Assembly (NCBI GenBank): GCA_029259775.1
Contig: JAJDEN010000028.1
Coordinates: 1,204 to 65,203 of the forward strand
Direction: 5' to 3'
Source of the DNA: Planctomycetota bacterium
GTDB lineage: Bacteria > Planctomycetota > PLA2 > JAEUHO01
Length of the DNA stretch: 64,000 nucleotides
Positions 54,824-64,000 of the stretch are shown piece after piece. The notes under the pieces were generated by a model. The model was not told where the DNA came from. It saw nothing but the letters and a program-made list of their open reading frames with translations, and did no database searches. Position 1 is the first letter of the stretch; each line of letters begins with the position of its first letter. Position numbers and translations under genes: made by a program.

Positions 54824-55036
54824 GGCGGCTCCGGTAGGGGGGTCCGGGGGGAGGATAGCGCGGGGGCCACCCGCCGCCTTCTCCTGCCCGGCCTGTCATC
54901 CGGCGGTCACCCCCGGGGGGGAGCCACCCGCCGCAAACGCGAACGGGTGGGCGATTTCGGCCGGCGGGGGCGTCGAAGGAGATGGACTCGGCCGGGTGGA
55001 GCCGGTATCCCGGGATGCGGTTGGGAGACCGATGGC

Positions 55037-55207
55037 ATGAAGCGCGTACGCACCTCGATCGCAGGCGTCCTGCTGCTTGCCCTGGCGGCGTTGCCCCTTC
55101 CGGGCTGCATGGGCGGTCCCGGCGCCGGAATGGGCTCCATGGCCCGCGTCCTGATGAGCGTCGGCGCCTCTGTAGGTACCTATCTCCTCATCAAGGAACT
55201 CAAGTAG
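55037..55207 (+). CDS. Small putative lipoprotein (56 aa)
   Basis: ATG at 55037 within ORF 54035..55207, giving MKRVRTSIAGVLLLALAALPLPGC..., with a lipobox 'LPGC' and a Gly-rich mature part. Confidence 0.4.
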   Translation: MKRVRTSIAGVLLLALAALPLPGCMGGPGAGMGSMARVLMSVGASVGTYLLIKELK

Positions 55208-55489
55208 CCGCAGCCTGGCGATCCTCTCGCTGCTCCGGGCTCGAGATCGGCGGCGCCACCTCAACGTGCAAGAAGCACGCCTCGGCGTGACCGCATCCAC
55301 GAGATCCGGCTCGCTTCGGTCTCCCGAGCCTCTGGACTCAGGGAGCCGCGCTGGAGGGAGCTTTGCCGGAGGGAGCCTCGGGACCGAGGAGGGGGCCCGG
55401 GGGAGGGTCCGGAGGGGGAGCCTGGCAGCGGGTCGCAAAGGAACCCCGGATTCCGGGGCGATTCCGGCCGGAGGACGCCCGTCGATTCG

Positions 55490-55517
55490 TTGACCGGCCC
55501 GGGGGCACGCGTAAGAT
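55490..55517 (+). promoter_or_regulatory. Candidate sigma70-type promoter for the tRNA-Gly, tRNA-Thr, tuf unit
   Basis: TTGACC (55490-55495), a 16-nt spacer, then TAAGAT (55512-55517), about 60 bp upstream of tRNA-Gly. Confidence 0.35.
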
Positions 55518-55579
55518 CCGGCCGCCCATGGCAGCAGGTTTCGCGACCTGTCGCGCGTGGGGACCCGGGCAAGCAAGGT

Positions 55580-55653
55580 GCGGGCGTAGCTCAATGGTAG
55601 AGCTGCGGCCTTCCAAGCCGCTGACGTGGGTTCGATTCCCATCGCCCGCTCCA
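55580..55653 (+). tRNA. tRNA-Gly (anticodon TCC), CCA encoded
   Basis: GCGGGCGTAGCTCAATGGTAGAGCTGCGGCCTTCCAAGCCGCTGACGTGGGTTCGATTCCCATCGCCCGCTCCA. Confidence 0.93.
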
Positions 55654-55721
55654 CCACCTTGGGCATAAGATCCGGGGCTCGGCCCTGGGCCGGGCGCCAG
55701 ATAGGTGCGACCGCTGCGGTT

Positions 55722-55796
55722 GCTGGAGTAGCTCAGTGGTAGAGCACCTCCTTGGTAAGGAGGAGGTCGCGGGTTCAATCCCCGCCTCCAGCTCCA
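55722..55796 (+). tRNA. tRNA-Thr (anticodon GGT), CCA encoded
   Basis: GCTGGAGTAGCTCAGTGGTAGAGCACCTCCTTGGTAAGGAGGAGGTCGCGGGTTCAATCCCCGCCTCCAGCTCCA. Confidence 0.93.
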
Positions 55797-55812
55797 TTGC
55801 GGAAGCGACGAC

Positions 55813-55870
55813 CGACCGAGACAGAGCGACCGAGACAGAGCGACCGAGACAGACCGACCGAGACCGAAGA
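55813..55870 (+). repeat. 14-bp tandem repeat (cgaccgagacagag, about 4 copies) between tRNA-Thr and tuf
   Basis: Copies are at 55813-55826, 55827-55840 and 55841-55854 (one change), plus a decayed fourth copy. Confidence 0.85.
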
Positions 55871-55933
55871 CAACACGAGACAACAAGATTATGAGGGGTG
55901 GGCGCACATGCCGCCCCCGGAGGATTGGCTCCC

Positions 55934-57139
<1,206 letters not shown>

Positions 57140-57148
<9 letters not shown>

Positions 57149-57169
57149 CAGGGCCTCAAGTAGCAGGGC
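57140..57169 (+). repeat. Perfect 15-bp x 2 tandem duplication spanning the tuf stop codon
   Basis: ctcaagTAGcagggc occurs twice. This places a second in-frame TAG 5 codons after the first. Confidence 0.9.
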
Positions 57170-57179
57170 CTCGGGAAGC

Positions 57180-57200
57180 GGGTCAGCACGTCGCTGACCC
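57180..57200 (+). terminator. Hairpin downstream of tuf
   Basis: gggtcagc-acgtc-gctgaccc forms an 8-bp stem with no U-tract. A further gctgaccc copy lies at 57208-57215. Confidence 0.3.
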
Positions 57201-57314
57201 TCGACTCGCTGACCCACAGGAACATAGATCCGGAGCCCCGCCGCGGTGCGAGCCACGGCGGGGCGCCGCGTTGGAAGCGCAGTCTCGTAGAGACTCTCAG
57301 GAAGGAAGCACGAC

Positions 57315-57488
57315 ATGGCCAAGGGACAGCCGGCACGCGGCTACGTCTGGTTGCAGTGCACCGAGACGGGCGACTTCAACTACCGCGCGTCGAAGCGCAT
57401 CAAGGGCAACCCCTACAAGCTCGAGCTGATGAAGTACTCCTCACGGCTCAAGAAGCACACGCTCCACAAGGAATCCAAGAAGAAGTAG
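57315..57488 (+). CDS. rpmG: 50S ribosomal protein L33
   Basis: My own translation (57 aa, below the ORF-track cutoff) is [57 protein letters not shown]. This is the L33 pattern, and the gene is in the conserved position between tuf and tRNA-Trp/secE. Confidence 0.85.
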   Translation: MAKGQPARGYVWLQCTETGDFNYRASKRIKGNPYKLELMKYSSRLKKHTLHKESKKK

Positions 57489-57534
57489 TCCTAGAGAAGT
57501 CAGCGCCCCGACCGGGCGGACAAGCATTGCGGGA

Positions 57535-57610
57535 ACGGCAGTAGCTCAATTGGTAGAGCAGCTGATTCCAAATCAGCAGGTTCGGGGTTCAAGTCCTCGC
57601 TGCCGTGCCA
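57535..57610 (+). tRNA. tRNA-Trp (anticodon CCA), CCA end encoded
   Basis: ACGGCAGTAGCTCAATTGGTAGAGCAGCTGATTCCAAATCAGCAGGTTCGGGGTTCAAGTCCTCGCTGCCGTGCCA. Confidence 0.9.
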
Positions 57611-57700
57611 ATGCTTTTCTCGCGGTGAGGGCATCCCACGGTGGGGGCGCCAGGCGGGAGCCGTAGGCGCCCGCTGGACGAACAGAAGAAGAAGGTGGCG

Positions 57701-58114
57701 ATGAGCCTCGAACTCTACAAGAAGGGCCAAGGCAGCGTGGCGCGTCGATGCGCCTACGGCATTGCCGGCATCCTGATCGCCTTCGGCGCGCTTAGGTTCC
57801 ATGCCACCTTCAACGTCCCCGGTGAGGGCGTCCTGATCGAGCACATTCCGGTCCTCGGAGCGGTCACGTACCTCAAGATCGGTTCGTTCGTCCTGTTCCT
57901 CCTGTGCCTGCTGGGCGCGCACCTCGTGCTCAACAGCCACAAGCTCGTCGATCTCCTGATCGACACCGAGCAGGAGATGCGCAAGGTTTCGTGGCCGTCC
58001 TGGCCCGAGGTCAAGAGCGCCACGCTCGTCGTTGTCATCGTCACCGTCGTCATGGGCATGTCCCTTTACGGATTCGACAAGGGGCTGCAGGGCCTCTTCT
58101 CGTTCATCTTCTAG
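57701..58114 (+). CDS. secE: Preprotein translocase subunit SecE (three-TM form)
   Basis: ATG at 57701 in ORF 57641..58114. 'EQEMRKVSWPSWPEV' followed by the final TM helix is the SecE signature, and the gene sits in the conserved position before nusG. Confidence 0.85.
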   Translation: MSLELYKKGQGSVARRCAYGIAGILIAFGALRFHATFNVPGEGVLIEHIPVLGAVTYLKIGSFVLFLLCLLGAHLVLNSHKLVDLLIDTEQEMRKVSWPSWPEVKSATLVVVIVTVVMGMSLYGFDKGLQGLFSFIF

Positions 58115-58124
58115 GAGCACAGAC

Positions 58125-58682
58125 GTGGCGAGGCGCTGGTACGTCGTCCGGGTTCAGAGTGGTCGCGAGGGGACGGTGCAGACCTCCCTCACACGTCGGC
58201 TCAAGATCGCCGGCAAGGAAGAGACCATCCCGCGCGTCCTCGTGCCGATGGAGGTCGTCACCGAGCTGAAGGCGGGGCGCAAACGCACCCGCAAGAAGAA
58301 GCTCTTTCCCGGCTACGTCCTCCTCGAGGTCGAGCAGGACGAGATGAGCAGCGTCCCGCGCGACGTCTGGTTCCTCGTCCGTGAGACGGCCGGCGTCGGC
58401 GACTTCGTCGGACCGCACGGCCACCCGGAGCCTCTCGCGCCCGAAGAGGTGGACCATCTCCTCAAGTCGATGGAAGCGACCGAGGACGGTGAGAAGGCGC
58501 CCCAGGTGAAGATCTCGATGAAGCCTGGCGACGCCGTGAAGATCAAGGAGGGCCCGTTGGAGTCCTTCGAGGGCGTCGTCGACGACGTGATCCCCGCCAA
58601 GGGCATCGTGCGCGTCACCGTGACCATCTTTGGTCGCGCGACACCCGTAGAGCTCGAGTACTGGCAGGTCGAGAGCGTCTAG
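58125..58682 (+). CDS. nusG: Transcription termination/antitermination factor NusG
   Basis: GTG at 58125 (aggag RBS at 58113-58117) in ORF 58032..58682. It has the NGN start '[12 protein letters not shown]' and a KOW domain '[18 protein letters not shown]'. Confidence 0.92.
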   Translation: MARRWYVVRVQSGREGTVQTSLTRRLKIAGKEETIPRVLVPMEVVTELKAGRKRTRKKKLFPGYVLLEVEQDEMSSVPRDVWFLVRETAGVGDFVGPHGHPEPLAPEEVDHLLKSMEATEDGEKAPQVKISMKPGDAVKIKEGPLESFEGVVDDVIPAKGIVRVTVTIFGRATPVELEYWQVESV

Positions 58683-58701
58683 CGCTCGACACCAACGCCC
58701 A

Positions 58702-58760
58702 CAAGGCAGACGCCAACAAGGCAGACGCCGACCAGGCAGACGCCGACCAGGCAGACCAAG
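58702..58760 (+). repeat. 15-bp tandem repeat (c[a/c]aggcagacgcc[a/g]a, about 4 copies) in the nusG-rplK spacer
   Basis: Copies are at 58702-58716, 58717-58731 and 58732-58746, plus a truncated copy at 58747-58760. Confidence 0.85.
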
Positions 58761-58820
58761 AATGCGATGTAGGGGCGGCTCACGTAGCCACCCACGGTCG
58801 CGACAGATTGAGGCAGAACG

Positions 58821-59246
58821 ATGGCCAAGGAAATCAAGGCGAAGATCAAGCTGCAGTGCCCGGGAGGCAAGGCGACGCCCGCTCCCCCCGTCGGCCCCGC
58901 ACTCGGTCAGCACGGCGTGAACATCGGCGACTTCGTACGCCGGTTCAACGACGCGACCCAGAGCGACATGGGCGTCACCCTGCCCGTCGTCCTCACGGTG
59001 TACGCAGACCGGTCCTTCGACTTCGAGGTCAAGAGCCCGCCCGCCGCCGTCCTCCTGCGCATGGCCGCGGGCTTGGACAAGGGCTCGGGCACGCCCAACA
59101 CCCTCAAGGTCGGTTCCGTGACCCGCGCTCAGGTCGACGAGATCGCCGAGCGCAAGATGGTGGACCTCAACGCATTCGAGAAGGATGCGGCGGCCCACAT
59201 CATCATGGGGACCGCGCGCTCGATGGGCATTCTCATCGAAGGCTGA
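58821..59246 (+). CDS. rplK: 50S ribosomal protein L11
   Basis: ORF 58821..59246. '[22 protein letters not shown]' is the L11 signature. Confidence 0.96.
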   Translation: MAKEIKAKIKLQCPGGKATPAPPVGPALGQHGVNIGDFVRRFNDATQSDMGVTLPVVLTVYADRSFDFEVKSPPAAVLLRMAAGLDKGSGTPNTLKVGSVTRAQVDEIAERKMVDLNAFEKDAAAHIIMGTARSMGILIEG

Positions 59247-59506
59247 GCTGGCTCGGAGGGCGGGGCTCTCGGCTCTCCCCCGCGGAGCGGCGGACGCGGC
59301 GAGCCGCGCGCCGGGACGCACAATCGGCACAGGAGTGCGCTACGGGCTCCGATTCCGCCGACGAGACACGGACGGCACTCGTAGATTTTCTGCGGGTTTG
59401 ACCAAAGGGTCGTAAAACTCGCGGCTTCCCTCGCCATTCGGCGGGGGAGAACTCGTCCACCGAGCCGGCTACCGCGAGTTGGCACGGGAGAGTGAAGGAG
59501 ACGCGG

Positions 59507-60196
59507 ATGGCATACGTCAGCAAACGATACCGGGCTGCCATCGCTACGCCCGGCTACGAGAAGCACAAGCGCTACGAGATCGGCTCGGCGCTGGGTGTCC
59601 TCTCGAGCTTCCCCAAGCCCAAGTTCGATGAGACCGTCGAGCTTGCCGTGCGCTTGGGGATCGATCCGAAGAAGTCGGATCAGATGGTCCGCGGCAGCGT
59701 CTCGATGCCCAAGGGCATCGGCAAGAGCCGTAGCGTCATCGTCTTCGCCGAGGGCGAGGCCGCCGCCGAGGCCGAGGCCGCCGGCGCCGACGTGGTGGGT
59801 GGCGAGGATCTCGCCAAGCGCATCCAGGATGGCTGGATGGACTTCGACGTCTGCATCGCGCACCCGTCGATGATGAAGATTGCCGGACGCCTGGGCCGCG
59901 TGCTCGGGCCGTCGGGCAAGATGCCGAGCCCGAAGTCGGGCACGGTCACGCCGCAGATCGGTCAGGCCGTTGCCGAGTTCAAGGCCGGCAAGGTCGAGTT
60001 CCGGGCGGACACGGGCGGCATCGTGCACGTCCCCGTCGGGAAGCGCAGCTTCGAGGAAGCGGATCTCGAGTCCAACATCCTCCACTTCGTCGAGCACCTG
60101 AGGGGCATGCGTCCTTCGGCCGTCAAGGGCGCCTACATCCGCAAGGTGTCGGTGTCCGGCACCATGACGCCTTCGCTCACGTTGGACATCGTCTAG
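59507..60196 (+). CDS. rplA: 50S ribosomal protein L1
   Basis: ATG at 59507 (gaaggag RBS at 59494-59500) in ORF 59492..60196. Motifs are 'FDETVELAVRLGIDP' and 'GKMPSPKSGTVT'. Confidence 0.95.
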   Translation: MAYVSKRYRAAIATPGYEKHKRYEIGSALGVLSSFPKPKFDETVELAVRLGIDPKKSDQMVRGSVSMPKGIGKSRSVIVFAEGEAAAEAEAAGADVVGGEDLAKRIQDGWMDFDVCIAHPSMMKIAGRLGRVLGPSGKMPSPKSGTVTPQIGQAVAEFKAGKVEFRADTGGIVHVPVGKRSFEEADLESNILHFVEHLRGMRPSAVKGAYIRKVSVSGTMTPSLTLDIV

Positions 60197-60219
60197 GTCC
60201 CCAACCCCCGGAGTTGATC

Positions 60220-60894
60220 ATGTCCAAGGCACTCAAGCAGATGCTCGCCTCCCAGTTGGGAGCCGACCTCGACACGAGCCCCGGTGGTCTCATGGTCATC
60301 GACCCCGGGGCGATGACCGTGGAGTCGAACGAGGCGTTCCGCAAGGACCTGCGCGAGAAGGCGGGTGGGGCACGCATGCGCGTGATCCACAACCGCACGG
60401 CGCGTGTGGCCATGACGGCTCGCGAGTTCGACGGTGACCTCGACGGCCTCAACGCTGTCCTGACCGGCCGTTCGGCCGTGGTCTACGGCGGTGACGGTCC
60501 GATCCCGATTGCGAAGGTCGTCCGTGACTGGAGCAAGAAGCAGAAGGACATGCAGGTCAAGGGCGCCGTCGCCGACGGCGAGGTGCTCCTCGAAACCGAG
60601 GCGCAGACCCTGGCCGACATGCCCGATCTCGAGCAGCTCAAGGGCATGCTCGCGAGCGCCATCATCGGTGCCGCGCGCGGCATCGCGGGCAGCTTGCACG
60701 CTGTCTACGGGGGGCTCGCCCGCGTCATCCAGGCTCGCATCGACGGGTCCGGTGGGGCGACGGACGAGTCATCCGACGAGGCATCCGACGAGGCATCCGA
60801 CGAGACATCCGACGCGGCTTCCGATGCGTCACCTGACGCGTCCCCCGATGCGTCATCCGAAGAGGCAACACCCGAAGAGGGCGCCGCTGAGTAG
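60220..60894 (+). CDS. rplJ: 50S ribosomal protein L10 with a ~45-aa acidic Ser/Asp-repeat C-terminal extension
   Basis: ATG at 60220 in ORF 60214..60894. It is in the conserved position between rplA and rplL and has an L10-like core. The tail is [34 protein letters not shown]. Confidence 0.85.
   Translation: MSKALKQMLASQLGADLDTSPGGLMVIDPGAMTVESNEAFRKDLREKAGGARMRVIHNRTARVAMTAREFDGDLDGLNAVLTGRSAVVYGGDGPIPIAKVVRDWSKKQKDMQVKGAVADGEVLLETEAQTLADMPDLEQLKGMLASAIIGAARGIAGSLHAVYGGLARVIQARIDGSGGATDESSDEASDEASDETSDAASDASPDASPDASSEEATPEEGAAE
60763..60858 (+). repeat. 12-bp x 8 in-frame tandem repeat (gacgaggcatcc family) at the rplJ 3' end
   Basis: gacgagtcatcc gacgaggcatcc gacgaggcatcc gacgagacatcc gacgcggcttcc gatgcgtcacct gacgcgtccccc gatgcgtcatcc. 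Confidence 0.85.
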
Positions 60895-60977
60895 GCGACG
60901 CTGTCCATTTCATTTCGCGCCGGAGCATGGGCTTCGGTGAGTTCCAGTTTGATTGCACGAACGCAGGAGTTCGAGTC

Positions 60978-61382
60978 ATGTCCGAAGAAACAGAAGCCGT
61001 CACTCTCGACAACGACCTCGAGGCCATTTTCTCAAGCCTCGACGGCCTTACGATCGCCAAGGCCGCCAAGCTTGTGAAGGCGCTGGAGGACCGTTGGGGT
61101 GTCTCCGCCGCTGCTCCGGCTGCGGTCGCCATGGCCGCTCCCGCGGCCGGCGCTGACGAGCCCGCAGAGAAGACGGCGTTCGACGTCGTCCTCAAGGGCC
61201 CCGGCCAGCAGAAGATCCAGGTCATCAAGGTTGTCCGCGCCATCACGGGCCTTGGTCTCAAGGAGGCCAAGGAACTGGTGGACAACAGCCCGAAGGCGGT
61301 CAAGGAAGGCATCTCCAAGGAGGAAGCTGACAAGCTTGCTCAGGAGCTGATCGACGTTGGCGCCGAGGTCGAGATCAAGTAG
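60978..61382 (+). CDS. rplL: 50S ribosomal protein L7/L12
   Basis: ATG at 60978 (aggag RBS) in ORF 60927..61382. It has an Ala/Pro hinge and '[23 protein letters not shown]'. Confidence 0.95.
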   Translation: MSEETEAVTLDNDLEAIFSSLDGLTIAKAAKLVKALEDRWGVSAAAPAAVAMAAPAAGADEPAEKTAFDVVLKGPGQQKIQVIKVVRAITGLGLKEAKELVDNSPKAVKEGISKEEADKLAQELIDVGAEVEIK

Positions 61383-61391
61383 AGCGACCCG

Positions 61392-61411
61392 GCGCCTCGT
61401 CTTCGAGGTGC
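61392..61411 (+). terminator. Hairpin immediately after rplL (attenuator/terminator candidate)
   Basis: gcgcctcg-tctt-cgaggtgc forms an 8-bp stem including one G-T pair. It is nested inside the longer inverted repeat agagcgac (61381-61388) / gtcgctct (61431-61438). Confidence 0.35.
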
Positions 61412-61915
61412 CTGCTCTGCCAGGGGGAGCGTCGCTCTTCGAGGTCGCGCCTGCGCGCAGCCTCTTCGAACGACCGCGCCTCCGACCAGCCTCGATTCGG
61501 CACACCAAGCCCCGGGAGCGGTACGTCCGCGCCCGGGCGCTTGCATGTCCACAGAGGACTTTCGGCCTGAGATGATCGCCTGGGCTCCTGCGTCGGTGCG
61601 CCCCAGAGGCGCACGGCCCGCCACCGGGCGTACCTTCATCGGTTCGAAGTTCGTTCCGCTGCCAGGTGCAGCGGCATGCGCGTCGGCTTCGTCAGCGTTT
61701 CCCGGATGGCCACGGGGGACGGAAGCTTGAAGCCGGTGCGCAGCGGCCAGTGAGTCCTGCCCAAAGAGGGCACCCGATTCGGTCCATGGGGTCACGTCCA
61801 GACGACGTGGCCTGCGGTCCGGCTCCGGCGCATCCTCCGGACCGCGGTCGCAGCTCTGCTTGCGCGCTCGCTTCCGGATCGTTGCCCGGCGTCGCTGTCC
61901 GCGAAGGAGAGCTCC

Positions 61916-64000
<2,085 letters not shown>

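Overview
A gene-dense, high-GC (roughly 70% by eye) stretch of bacterial chromosome. Most long ORFs in the six-frame track are Arg/Ala/Gly/Pro-rich antisense shadows of real genes. I infer a Planctomycetota origin from three things: EF-Tu carries the segment '[25 protein letters not shown]', which I remember from planctomycete EF-Tu; there are PSCyt-like modules; and there are many HEAT/TPR/vWA/prenyltransferase-like envelope proteins.

Contents, left to right:
- A galactokinase-like fragment, then folE, a HIT protein, a DUF2203 protein, a NifU-like protein and a GlcD-like oxidase.
- A secreted protein with G-(N/D)-D-x-Y repeats.
- A same-strand, translationally coupled trio: PolX-like, nth and a RAYT-like transposase gene.
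- A cbb3 oxidase operon (ccoN, ccoO, a small one-TM ORF) ending in an atypical 905-aa monohaem mosaic where ccoP would be expected.
- tRNA-Lys followed by a duplicated copy of its own 3' end.
- Housekeeping and accessory enzymes: nitroreductase, esterase, radical SAM, a ComEC-DUF92 fusion, KpsF, PMM, penicillin-acylase family, GHMP kinase, aroC, pyrE, an Fe(III)-type ABC transporter and a HAD hydrolase.
- Several blocks of secreted or membrane proteins of unknown function, including two tandem prenyltransferase-like (alpha/alpha-toroid) paralogs.
- The conserved cluster tRNA-Gly, tRNA-Thr, tuf, rpmG, tRNA-Trp, secE, nusG, rplKAJL and the start of rpoB.

Six tRNAs are present. I found no rRNA, CRISPR array, integrase, prophage or recognisable defence genes.

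I cannot point to a compact new 'system' with confidence. The best candidates for novelty are:
- the CcoP-position mosaic with three haem-less cytochrome-c-like modules;
- the RAYT-like ORF whose conserved N-terminus has no start codon and lies in frame behind the nth stop codon;
- the ComEC-DUF92 fusion;
- the tandem alpha/alpha-toroid proteins inside an envelope gene block;
- a recurring pattern of 12-15 bp tandem duplications in genes, at stop codons and in operon leaders.

All family assignments come from motif recognition in the translations. No searches were run.
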